From assembly GCA_037305845.1 (NCBI GenBank), contig CP147778.1:2944001-3008000 (forward strand): a stretch of 64,000 bases of DNA, given 5' to 3'. Shown here piece after piece: positions 40,468 through 50,201 of this stretch; within the stretch, counting starts at the first letter, position 1, and each line of letters starts with the position of its first letter. The position numbers and the translations under genes were made by a program. The notes under the pieces were generated by a model. The model searched no databases and was not told the DNA's origin. It was given only the letters and a program-made list of their open reading frames with translations. Source of the stretch: Candidatus Freyarchaeum deiterrae. Lineage in GTDB: Archaea > Asgardarchaeota > Jordiarchaeia > Jordiarchaeales > Jordiarchaeaceae.

Positions 40468-41655
40468 TTAAACAATGGTTTTTGTGCTGCTTTTTTCATG
40501 GAGGATGTTTTGTAATTCTATTACGTTTTGGTCATATTTGGGCAAATATTTATCAATAATTTCAATTTCTTTTAGGATTGTCTCGTAATACTGTTCTAGA
40601 ACTGGACTATTAAGGTAGTCTGCCGCTTCTCTCATTGCTTTAACGGTTTCCTCTACCCTTTTATGAGCACTATATGCCAGAAGAATTTCGTTTCTGGCTT
40701 CTACCAGTCCGAACTCAAGATCCTGAAGCGAAAAGCTTGCTGGAATTAACTCTTCTAAAGGTGTTTCAGACCTTATGAATGATTGAAGTTTTTTACCAGC
40801 GTCTTCTACGCTGCCCCAAAGCATGGTTAAAATTTGAAGAAGAGATCCTGAAACACACTCGAACACCTTCGCCCTACACTTAACAAGTATAATTAAATCT
40901 CGTTTCGACAGTTTAATCGTTTCCGAAAACTGCCTAAGGTTATCTAGTGAAAGGTTTAATTTACCGACTAGAACTTGATTTATATGACTTACCAGATTCC
41001 TTAAATTGGCTGCTAATTTAGCAAACTCATTAATTACTCCAGAAATTTGATTTACACAAATAGAAATATCTCTTTCATCTTGCACGATTGAGAAGCACAG
41101 ATCTATTTTGTTTTGAATTTTATTCCAATAGTTTTTCTGTTTTTCAACCTCTTCAATAAATGTATTGAGCGCATCCGATTTCAAAATAGTAGACACTTCT
41201 CTGAGGCGGTCCAACTTTTCAATCGTATTAGCCGTAATTCTTTCAAACTGCGGATAGATTAATTCCTCTATGGCCCTCATTTGAAATTTCAGAAAGTCCA
41301 AGTCGATTGTATCGATCTTAATAATGTTCTCTAGATTATTTTTTTGACTAATAATTCCAGAATAATCTTTGACACCAAGAGACAAAACCAGGTTATAAAA
41401 AAATTCCAAGCCCTTAATAATCCCATCAACATAATCTTCAAAGAACAATGCCAATCTTGACACAGCATCGGCTGAACTCTGGAAAGATTCAGTTAAATGT
41501 CCAAATTCATATTTCTTAAGCGATTCCCCTACTCTTGAGGCGAAGTCTCTGTTCACAGAATAAATCGAGAAAACTATTTCCGATGCTATCCTGTAAATCG
41601 ACTCTAAAAGACCTTTAACCTCTTCATCCGACTCTAACAGGATAACATCCCCCAC
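40468..41655 (-). CDS. Unknown all-helical protein, tandem paralog A
   Basis: Collinear with the 41843 and 43222 proteins (FSIYSV..DF.SRVG, DLDFLKFQ, LIILVKCRAK, LWGS, DLEFGLV.ARN, AADYLNSPVL). Confidence 0.85.
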   Translation of the reverse strand: MGDVILLESDEEVKGLLESIYRIASEIVFSIYSVNRDFASRVGESLKKYEFGHLTESFQSSADAVSRLALFFEDYVDGIIKGLEFFYNLVLSLGVKDYSGIISQKNNLENIIKIDTIDLDFLKFQMRAIEELIYPQFERITANTIEKLDRLREVSTILKSDALNTFIEEVEKQKNYWNKIQNKIDLCFSIVQDERDISICVNQISGVINEFAKLAANLRNLVSHINQVLVGKLNLSLDNLRQFSETIKLSKRDLIILVKCRAKVFECVSGSLLQILTMLWGSVEDAGKKLQSFIRSETPLEELIPASFSLQDLEFGLVEARNEILLAYSAHKRVEETVKAMREAADYLNSPVLEQYYETILKEIEIIDKYLPKYDQNVIELQNILHEKSSTKTIV

Positions 41656-41842
41656 TTTAATTATTCTATGTTATCTATATGATAATTAAACATTATTCTT
41701 GTATTTATAACTTGTTGCGAAAAACTACCAATTTTCTAAAGAATTTGCGAAAACCTAGAAAAGTTGAAAAAAAAATATTATAAATTAGCTAAATCTATCT
41801 CTCAAATTGGCTCGTCTCCTAAATTATTCTACTCGAAAGTTG

Positions 41843-43021
41843 TCATTCACTCTTCTCGATTGGTTCTACGCTTTTTCCATAGAGGCTATTTTGTAATTCT
41901 ATTATTTTTTGGTTATATTTAGGAAAATAATTATCAATAATTTCAATTTCTTTTACGATTATCTCGTAATACTCAGCTAGAACTGGACTATTAAGGTAGT
42001 CTGCCGCTTCTCTCATTGCTTTAACGGTTCCTTTTACCCTTTTATGAGCCCTATCCACTAGGAGAATTTGGTTTCGAGCCTGTACCAATCCAAACTCAAG
42101 ATCCTCAAGTGAGAGGTTTGGTGGAATTAAATTTTCTAATGGTGTTTCAGACCTTACGAGTGATTGGAATTTTTTACGAGCATTTTCTTCGCTGCCCCAA
42201 AGCATGGTTAAAATTTGAATGAAAGACCTTCCAAGATATTCAGCTCCCTTCGCTCTGCACTTCACAAGAATAATCAAGTCTTGGCTTAACTGTTTAATTT
42301 TTCCCGAAATCTGCTTGAAGTTATTTACAGAAAGTTCTAGTTTACCGCCCAGAAGCTGATTTAGATGACTTGCAAAACTTCTTAAATCGTCTGCAAAGAA
42401 AATAAGCTCATTAATTATCTCAGAAATTTGATTTATACAAATGGAAATATCTGTTGCTTTTTCAAAAATCGAGAAGCACAATTTTATTCTCTTTTGAATT
42501 TTATCCATTTTTTCCTTTTGTTTTTCAAACCCCTCTATAAATATATGGAGTCTATCCGATTCCAAAAAAGCAGACATCTCTCTAAGCAGCTCAAATTTTT
42601 GAATGATATCCGCTATACTTCTTTCGAACGGTGGGTAGATTAATTCCTCCGTGTTTCTCACTTGAAATTTGAGAAAGTCTAAGTCAATCTTATCAGGCTG
42701 AATAATTTGCTCCACCCTATTTCTTCGACTAAGAACTTCAGAATATTCTTTGATGCCGAGAGCAAAAACCAGATTAGAAAAAAATTCCAAGCCCTTAACA
42801 AAGGCCTCAATATAATTATCAAAAAATGATATCCATTTTGCCACAGCATCAGCTGAATTCTGGAAAGCCTCAATTAAATACCCAAATTCGTATTTTCCAA
42901 GCGATGCACCTACCCTTGAAGCAAAATCTTTATCCACAGAATAGATCGATAACATTAATTCTGATTCTATCCTAAAAATCGACTTTAAAAGATTTTCAAC
43001 TTCGCTTTCCGAATTTCCCAT
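41843..43021 (-). CDS. Unknown all-helical protein, tandem paralog B
   Basis: Same motifs as paralog A. Confidence 0.85.
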   Translation of the reverse strand: MGNSESEVENLLKSIFRIESELMLSIYSVDKDFASRVGASLGKYEFGYLIEAFQNSADAVAKWISFFDNYIEAFVKGLEFFSNLVFALGIKEYSEVLSRRNRVEQIIQPDKIDLDFLKFQVRNTEELIYPPFERSIADIIQKFELLREMSAFLESDRLHIFIEGFEKQKEKMDKIQKRIKLCFSIFEKATDISICINQISEIINELIFFADDLRSFASHLNQLLGGKLELSVNNFKQISGKIKQLSQDLIILVKCRAKGAEYLGRSFIQILTMLWGSEENARKKFQSLVRSETPLENLIPPNLSLEDLEFGLVQARNQILLVDRAHKRVKGTVKAMREAADYLNSPVLAEYYEIIVKEIEIIDNYFPKYNQKIIELQNSLYGKSVEPIEKSE

Positions 43022-43221
43022 AAAAGCTCCCTCGCGTGAATTATTTTCATGAAGCTTTCAGAAAATTATTTGAAATTCTTCGCAATTGTTTTAACAGTAA
43101 TTAATATTTATTCGAACTAACTATAAAACATTTCCAAAAGAATTAATCAAAACAAATCTCCAAAAAAATAAACACGCCAAGTATGTATCCAATATCTAAA
43201 ACAAATTTTAAACTATAGTCT

Positions 43222-44379
43222 TTATACTGCTTTTTCATGGAGAAGGCTTTGTAATTCTATTACGTTCTGGTTATACTTGGGCCAACCTTTATTGAAAATT
43301 TCAATTTCTTTAGTAATCATCTCGTAATACTGTCCTAGAACTGGACTATTAAGGTAGTTTGCCGCGTCCTTAATTGCTTTCGCATTTTCTTCTACTCTTT
43401 TTTGAGCTCTATCTGCTAGAAGCATTTTGTTTCGAGCCTGGACCAATCCAAACTCAAGATCCTCAAGTGAAAAGCTTGGTGGAATTAAATCTTCTAATGA
43501 TATTTCAGACCTTATGAGTGATTGAAGTTTTTTCTGAGCATTTTCTTCACTGCCCCAAAGTATGGTTAAAGGTAGAATATTAGACTCTATAACATACCCG
43601 GCTGCCTTCGCTCTACATTTAACAAGAATAATTAAATTTCGGCTTAACTGCCTAATTGTTTCCGAGAACTGTCTAACGCTATCTAGTGAAAGTTCTAATT
43701 TATTACTCCTAATTTGATTTATGCGACTTGCCAGATTCCTCAAATTGGCTGCAAACATAACAAGCTCATTAATTACCTCAGAAATTTGATTTACACAAGT
43801 AGAAATATCTGTTTCTTTTTCCACAGTCGAGAAGCATAACTTTATTCTATCCTGAATTTTATTCCAGTTACTTTCTTGTTTTTCAATATTCTCCATAAAT
43901 GTATTAATTGTATCCGATTCTAAAATAGCATAAACCTCTCTTAGGGATTCCAAGTTTTTAATCATCTTTACTGTAATTTTTTCTAACTGTGGGTAAATTA
44001 ATTCCTCCGTAGTTCTCATCTGGAATTTGAGAAAGTTCAAGTCGATCATATCCGGCTTAATTAGTTCTTCCACCTTATTTTTTTGACTAATAACTTCAGA
44101 ATATTCTTTGATGCCAAGAGACAAAGCCAGATTAGAAACAAATTCCAAGCCCCTAACAATCCCCTCAACATAATCTTCTAAGAATAATGCTAATCTTGAC
44201 ATAGCATCGGCTGAATTCTCGAAAGCTTGCATCATATGCCCAAATTTATATTTTCTAAGCGATTTACCTACCCTTGAGGAGAAATCTTTATCCACAGAAT
44301 AAATTGAAAATACTGTTTCTAATGCATTCCTGTAAATCGACTTTAAAAGACTATTAACCTTCTCTTCCAGCTTTCCCAA
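43222..44379 (-). CDS. Unknown all-helical protein, tandem paralog C
   Basis: Same motifs as paralog A. Confidence 0.85.
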   Translation of the reverse strand: MGKLEEKVNSLLKSIYRNALETVFSIYSVDKDFSSRVGKSLRKYKFGHMMQAFENSADAMSRLALFLEDYVEGIVRGLEFVSNLALSLGIKEYSEVISQKNKVEELIKPDMIDLNFLKFQMRTTEELIYPQLEKITVKMIKNLESLREVYAILESDTINTFMENIEKQESNWNKIQDRIKLCFSTVEKETDISTCVNQISEVINELVMFAANLRNLASRINQIRSNKLELSLDSVRQFSETIRQLSRNLIILVKCRAKAAGYVIESNILPLTILWGSEENAQKKLQSLIRSEISLEDLIPPSFSLEDLEFGLVQARNKMLLADRAQKRVEENAKAIKDAANYLNSPVLGQYYEMITKEIEIFNKGWPKYNQNVIELQSLLHEKAV

Positions 44380-44563
44380 GAAGACACTCTTCTTTGAATT
44401 GTTTCTATATAACTTGTAGCATATAAATAACTTATATTGAGACGAATTATAAAATAATTTCCCAAAGAGTTTGGAAATCTAGAAAAGTTAAATAAAAATG
44501 TAAGTTAGTTAATCTAGTTCCCTCAAATCCACTATACTCAAACTCGACTCGGCTCAGAATTTG

Positions 44564-45745
44564 TCATTTATTTTTACCACTTGTTTCTTCGTTTTTTCGG
44601 TTCTCCGATTTCATAGTGATTTGGGGTTCTTGATTTACCGTGTATACATCGAGAGTTTGCTGCATTCTGTTCATAACTGGTTGGGCGTTTATCCTCAGTC
44701 TCTTTTTTATCTCCTTCGCCAGCCTTACAGGGTTTCCAAAGGTAGTGTACACTAGCGATGGTTCTACAGCACTTACGTATTCTAAGAGTTGATTAAAGTC
44801 TGCGTGAGAGCTTAGTGGAAAAACAGCATCGATGTCGTAACTCTGTTGCATGGAGAAAAAGAAAGAACGATTAACCGCCCAGCCGGTACAAATGGCAATC
44901 TTAGGAAGCTTAGTTAAATTAAGGCTTTTTGCCACCTTCCTAGGAGCGTCTTTACTCAAACCAAATTGAGGCAATAAAATTACTCCTTTCCCTCCCTCAA
45001 TTATTTCCCTCCCTTCCTCCGAGTCTACCTCAATATACTTTCCTAATTCATATTTAAAGCGTTCAAAAATTTTGTTGAACTCGAAAATCTGCTTAGAAAC
45101 CAGAATGTCATAACCCAGTCCTTTAGAAATCAGCCTGGTTAACTCTTGACACTTGCCCAGAGAGTAGCCCATCAAAACTAGAGGAACGCCATTAGAGACA
45201 TTTTTTTCTACGTAATCCAAAATGTTAGCATTTAGCTCCTCCCTATCTGGAAAAACATATTCCTCAGAACCAAAAGTGGCTTCAATCACCAGAATGTCGC
45301 AGTCCATAACGTCTGCTTTCCGCTCGGTCATGCTCTCACAAAAATTAATATCCCCTGTATAACCAATCAAATGCTCGCCGGTATCTATCTTGAACTGTAA
45401 AGACCCCATGCAGTGCCCCGCATCATAAGCATTAATAGAAAACTTGTCAGTCTTAATTCCCAAGTTCTTATCAAAATAAACTGTGTTCTCCAAAACCTTC
45501 CTTTCCCTCTTCTCTCTCGCTAATCTGGTTATTTCATGAGTAATGCTTGAGGCACCAACCCTCTGCTTTTCCTCAGCCCCTAAAAGACCAGAAATATGGT
45601 CTCCGTGACCATGAGTAACAAGCACCAGGTTGGTAGATTGAAAATCCGCACTCGATTTGGGATCCAACAGAAACTTGAAGTCATCAGTTTCAACTATTAA
45701 GCCACTATCATAAAATACTCTCATGAAATTAGCCTCATACGGCAA
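44564..45745 (-). CDS. Metallo-beta-lactamase beta-CASP nuclease (SNM1/ligase-associated exonuclease-like)
   Basis: THGHGDH, AGHCMGS, YTGD, IEATFG, GYSLGKCQE, SSHAD. Confidence 0.88.
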   Translation of the reverse strand: MPYEANFMRVFYDSGLIVETDDFKFLLDPKSSADFQSTNLVLVTHGHGDHISGLLGAEEKQRVGASSITHEITRLAREKRERKVLENTVYFDKNLGIKTDKFSINAYDAGHCMGSLQFKIDTGEHLIGYTGDINFCESMTERKADVMDCDILVIEATFGSEEYVFPDREELNANILDYVEKNVSNGVPLVLMGYSLGKCQELTRLISKGLGYDILVSKQIFEFNKIFERFKYELGKYIEVDSEEGREIIEGGKGVILLPQFGLSKDAPRKVAKSLNLTKLPKIAICTGWAVNRSFFFSMQQSYDIDAVFPLSSHADFNQLLEYVSAVEPSLVYTTFGNPVRLAKEIKKRLRINAQPVMNRMQQTLDVYTVNQEPQITMKSENRKNEETSGKNK

Positions 45746-45802
45746 CCGCCTTTGTTTAACATACTTTTGAATTCTACTATTAGATTTTCATATTCGAAAC
45801 CT

Positions 45803-46786
45803 TTATTTTAAAATTATCTTGTCACCGTTCAAATCAATTGTTATTTTTCCCAATTTAACAAGTCTCTCGAGGTATGCTAGAGCCGCTCCCTGAAGAAAAT
45901 AGTTATTCCTGTCCGTATTATACGCTTCAGCGGTTAAATCTCCCAATGTAACTTCTTTCTTTTTTTTCAAAACTTTCAAAAAGATTTGTTCTCTGTTTAT
46001 TTTTCTTTCTGCATCCTCTCTTATTTTTTTATAAGGTTCAGTGATTGGGGGGCCATGAGCTGAAAGTATAAGTTTCAAATCTAAAGATTGTAACTTTTCC
46101 AGTGATTCAAGATATACAGTCATGATGTCCTTCTTATCATTACGACTATCTAACACTTCAAATATTCTTCTTAAGGAAATCTCTCGCCAGCTATATCCTA
46201 CGAAAGTTGTTCCAGTTCCAATTATATGGTCTCCCGAAAACAGAACTTTTCTATCTTCATCATATAAACAAATCTCTCCATCGGCATGGCCCGGGGTTTC
46301 GATAACACGTAGGTTAAAATTTCCTAGTTCAATTATGTCTCCCTCCCCTACTTTTCTTTCCACTCTGGACTCGTCAATTAAAAGGTTTAAATCCATATAC
46401 CTACTCACATTTTCCTTAATTTCAGGTTCAAGTTCAGAACCAAGTAGACTTTTTTTTAAACTCAATATGTACTGGTGATAATTCTCAATTATTCTACTAG
46501 TCTCAGGTGAAGCAATTACGTAAGCTTCTGAGGCGTCCTTAATTTTTTGGTTCCCCCCAAAGTGTTCGATATGCTCATGGGTGTTTATTATTGCCGAAAC
46601 ACCCCTCAAGCCTCGGTTTATCTTATCCAACTCTGAAGAAATTATACTCATGGACTTCGGATCCCCCATCCCCGTGTCTATTATGGTCGGCTGTTCTCCA
46701 TCCAAAAAGTAAACACTCAATGTGGGCGTGTTAAAAAAGGGAAGATCCAGGGTGAACATGTAAATATTGTCCAAGACTTTCTTCAT
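45803..46786 (-). CDS. Metallo-beta-lactamase fold hydrolase with C-terminal winged helix
   Basis: IDTG, THEHIEHFGG, TPGH, FSGDH, SAHG. Confidence 0.88.
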   Translation of the reverse strand: MKKVLDNIYMFTLDLPFFNTPTLSVYFLDGEQPTIIDTGMGDPKSMSIISSELDKINRGLRGVSAIINTHEHIEHFGGNQKIKDASEAYVIASPETSRIIENYHQYILSLKKSLLGSELEPEIKENVSRYMDLNLLIDESRVERKVGEGDIIELGNFNLRVIETPGHADGEICLYDEDRKVLFSGDHIIGTGTTFVGYSWREISLRRIFEVLDSRNDKKDIMTVYLESLEKLQSLDLKLILSAHGPPITEPYKKIREDAERKINREQIFLKVLKKKKEVTLGDLTAEAYNTDRNNYFLQGAALAYLERLVKLGKITIDLNGDKIILK

Positions 46787-47065
46787 CTAGATTCTCCTCT
46801 TGATAATTCTAGCCTTAGCAAAAACTGTTGAAATTAAGCAAAACTAAAAAAACTCTGCTAATAAAATTTTTCCCAGCATAAAAGCCTGTAAATTTGAACT
46901 GTTACTGAATCCTTCAATAGTTGTCGCGCTAATAAGAAACTTAGGCTTTCTGGTTTAACCCATCCAGCTTCTCTTAATCACTTCCCACGAATCTGTTTAA
47001 TGTAATTCTCAGTAAATTATAAAGAAAATAATGATATGCAGTTAGTTACTTTAGCTTTTTCATGA

Positions 47066-47743
47066 TTATTTTTTGGCATAAAACCAGAGCCGAACTTTAT
47101 CTTCTTGCTGCTCTTCCGACACTTCAATGTTTGAGAAACCAGTTTCACATAATAAATCATGCAATTCTTCCTTTGAGAGAAGGTTTATTCGCATGTGCCA
47201 TATATTCCGTTTCAATTCCTTTCCAACAGATTTTAAAGGCTCTTTCCGCAAACCGCGCGTTGAGCCGAAAAAAATACCTCCCTGATTCAAGGTTTTATAA
47301 GCAGTTGAGACATATCTTTTGACCGTACGCTTATTGGCTAGGACGTGTATTACGGATCCAGAATAGACAATGCCAAAGGTTGATGATTTGAACGGGAATT
47401 TTTTCGACACAACGAATAGATATTCGAACGTACCGCGGTCTAGGTAGAGGTCGAAACCCAAATTGATGCTGCACCAGTTGACATCGTACCCAACAATGTT
47501 CCGGCGAGGGTAACCGTCATTCACCAAAGCCCGAATGTCGTCACCAGTACCACATCCATAATCGAGAAAACGCTCTTCTCTGTGCAAGATTTCATGGTAA
47601 TGGCTGTGTTTCCGAATATTCGGCTCTCCCATGCGCATGAGAATACGAGGGTACAGAATCTTGTATCTTTTGTACTTTTGGATCAAAGACTCGCGATATC
47701 CCCCCGGATAATTCACCCCATCCGATGCCAAGATATCCATCAC
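47066..47743 (-). CDS. Class I SAM-dependent methyltransferase
   Basis: FLDYGCGTGDDIR, GSVIHV, L..GG.FFG; frame stays open ~25 codons upstream of the called start. Confidence 0.85.
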   Translation of the reverse strand: MMDILASDGVNYPGGYRESLIQKYKRYKILYPRILMRMGEPNIRKHSHYHEILHREERFLDYGCGTGDDIRALVNDGYPRRNIVGYDVNWCSINLGFDLYLDRGTFEYLFVVSKKFPFKSSTFGIVYSGSVIHVLANKRTVKRYVSTAYKTLNQGGIFFGSTRGLRKEPLKSVGKELKRNIWHMRINLLSKEELHDLLCETGFSNIEVSEEQQEDKVRLWFYAKK

Positions 47744-47924
47744 GCGGTTAAGTTCAGATTCTAGAGTTATCCCTTCGGGAAAACTGTGTTTTCTTTTCGC
47801 ACTTTTTCGCCAGAAAATGATAGTTCCCCCTTAATAATGTCCCATTCATCGCGGGTATCTAACAAAATAGTATACTAATTTTTAACTTGTAAACTCCATT
47901 AACTTTCTCAAACGTATTTTCTCC

Positions 47925-48131
47925 TTACTCAGTATATTCTTCTCCTGATTGATCAGGTGAGCTGGTGTAGAATTCCGCTAGAAGTTTCATCTCTTCTTGA
48001 GCTATGAGTACTGCACACTCCTTACAGTACTTTTTTCCTTGGATAGTAACATAATTCCCTTCTTTTAGAATTTTGTTACAATTAATTACAGTACACTTCT
48101 CCGCTTCTTTATCCTTCAAAATTTTCACCAA
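47925..48131 (-). CDS. Small zinc-finger protein
   Basis: CTVINC...GKKYCKEC. Confidence 0.65.
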   Translation of the reverse strand: MVKILKDKEAEKCTVINCNKILKEGNYVTIQGKKYCKECAVLIAQEEMKLLAEFYTSSPDQSGEEYTE

Positions 48132-48625
48132 CTTACAATACCTTTTCTCATTTTAACGTGTTTCTAAAGAACTTTAAACCCGGAGGTTTGAAGCCGCTTC
48201 GTTTCTAATTTTATCAGCTCAGTTAGATTTTTACATGTTTTTTCTCTGATGAGAATATTTTTACAATTACCTACTTCTTCAACTTTTAAAGAGGGGATAA
48301 AACCAACTTTTTCAAAATAAGCGTCGTTAAGAGAAGGCTCCCCATCAGACTTTTGAAAGTCTGGAACTCGCCTCAAAGCTTTTTGAAGAAAAATTAGCGT
48401 TAATATTTGAGCTGGTTATCATCCAGGAGAACTTCAAAGACTGAAATCAACCTGTGTAAAAATTTTAACATATTCTGATTACTTTTAGGCGATGTTTTTA
48501 TACTCGGCTTAAAATTTTACACTATTCGCCGATTACCGAAAATCTCCAATTTTTTCGCTATTTATAGAATTTATGGGCAGAAAAAAATATAACAACTTAA
48601 TACGAAATTTATATTAACGACACAA

Positions 48626-49708
48626 ATGAGGTTTACTCTTTTGAGTGAAGAAAGTGAGGTAGGTAAGCTTATCGAGCTTGTTGAGCGGAATATAGGTACC
48701 TGGAAGCCCCTAGCGGTAGCCATAGTTGACGTAAACTACAAGGTTTGGGGCGAAAAGGGGGACGTTCCAAAAAATATTCTCAACTACTACAAGAAGTTCA
48801 CCCTATCAAGAATGCAAATGGGAGACAGTATTAACAACAGCGGCTCCTTTCTCATGAAGGTCACTGAGAAAACGGGAGTTCTAGTGGTTATGGAAGACTT
48901 TCAAATATCTAGGCTCGCTGCAATAAACCTCAGGGGCCGAATCAACGCCCTATCAGAGTTCTACAATCTAGAAAAACTCATCAAGGAACCTTTGAGCGAG
49001 GAGATCAATGTAGGTAAGCTTATTGAGCTTGTTGAGCGGAATATAGGTACCTGGAAGCCCCTAGCGGTAGCCATAGTTGACGTAAACTACAAGGTTTGGG
49101 GTGAAAAGGGTAGCGTTCCCAAAAATATTCTCAACTACTACAAGAAGTTCCCCCTATCAGATATACAAGTGGGGGACGGCATCAATAACAACGGCTCCTT
49201 CCTCATGAAAGTCACTGAGAAAACCGGAGTAATAGTAGTTATGGGAGACCCTCGCATATCCAGGCTCGCCGCAACAGATTTCAGGGGCCGGCTTAACGCC
49301 CTATCAGAGTTCTACAATCTAGAAAAACTCATCAAAGAGGATGAGAGAAATCCTTTGAGTGAAGCGAGTAACGTAGGTAAGCTTATTGAGCTTGTTGAGC
49401 TGAACGTTGGCAGCTGGAAGCCCCTAGCGGTAGCCATAGTTGACGTAAACTACAAGGTTTGGGGTGAGAAGGGTAGCGTTCCCAAAAATATTCTCAACTA
49501 CTACAAGAAGTTCCCCCTATCAGGCATGCAAGTGGGGGACAACATGAATAACAGCGGCTCCTTCCTCATGAAGGTCACTGAGAAAACCGGAGTAATAGTA
49601 GTTATGCAAGACCCCCATATATCAAGACTCGCCGCAACAGATCTCAAGGGTCGGCTCAACGCCCTATCAGAGTTTCTCACTAAGATAGCTCATCAAAGAG
49701 AAGTATAA
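48626..49708 (+). CDS. Protein of three tandem ~117-aa unknown domains (predicted Roadblock/profilin-like alpha/beta)
   Basis: Three copies of KLIELVE.N.G.WKPLAVAIVDVNYKVWGEKG.VPKNILNYYKK...GSFLMKVTEKTGV.VVM...ISRLAA...RGR.NALSEF at periods of 351 and 363 bp. Confidence 0.85.
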   Translation: MRFTLLSEESEVGKLIELVERNIGTWKPLAVAIVDVNYKVWGEKGDVPKNILNYYKKFTLSRMQMGDSINNSGSFLMKVTEKTGVLVVMEDFQISRLAAINLRGRINALSEFYNLEKLIKEPLSEEINVGKLIELVERNIGTWKPLAVAIVDVNYKVWGEKGSVPKNILNYYKKFPLSDIQVGDGINNNGSFLMKVTEKTGVIVVMGDPRISRLAATDFRGRLNALSEFYNLEKLIKEDERNPLSEASNVGKLIELVELNVGSWKPLAVAIVDVNYKVWGEKGSVPKNILNYYKKFPLSGMQVGDNMNNSGSFLMKVTEKTGVIVVMQDPHISRLAATDLKGRLNALSEFLTKIAHQREV

Positions 49709-49835
49709 AAAACATACTTCACAAATGCTAAGAAAAGAGCAGAAGTACCTAATATACTAGAATAACTGAGTGATTTAGACGCTTTTTTAAAGGAAAACTT
49801 ACCTCTTATAAAGGCTTAAGTGTGTAGGCCTTCGT

Positions 49836-50008
49836 ATGAAGTTTCCTAGTGTGGATAGGATGATTGAACTGGTTGAACACAGAGAAAACAGGAATCATAT
49901 TTGTTATGGAAGATTCTCACAACTCCAGGCTCGCAGCAATAAACCTCAGGGAGAGACTCAACGCCCTGTCTGAGTTATACACCTCGAAAAGTCAATAAAA
50001 AAAGATAA
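49836..50008 (+). pseudogene. Internally deleted copy of the single-domain gene 53490..53840
   Basis: 5' end (MKFPSVDRMIELVE) is joined out of frame to the 3' end (TEKTGIIFVMEDSHNSRLAAINLRERLNALSE); ~180 bp missing. Confidence 0.85.
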
Positions 50009-50131
50009 AAAGTCTAGAATTGGGAAACCATGAAAAAGCCAAGGTAGGAACATAATAGTTTCATGAAAACAAAACTCCAGCAGGGCGGAGGAAAACCTAC
50101 CAAAAATAAAAAATATTTTTGCAACAGCAGG

Positions 50132-50166
50132 TAATAGTATTTATAAATTAGTAAACCAATAAATTA
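50132..50166 (+). promoter_or_regulatory. Conserved acyl-CoA ligase promoter/operator element, copy 2
   Basis: TAATAGTATTTATAAATTAGTAAACCAATAAATTA. Confidence 0.65.
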
Positions 50167-50201
50167 TATTGACCACAATGCAATTGAGGTGAATTATACT
50201 T

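Noticed and set aside
48164-48376. 70-aa minus-strand ORF
   Set aside because: No motif or clear RBS, and it is only partly retained and disrupted in the duplicated unit at 52133. It may be a decayed gene but cannot be supported.
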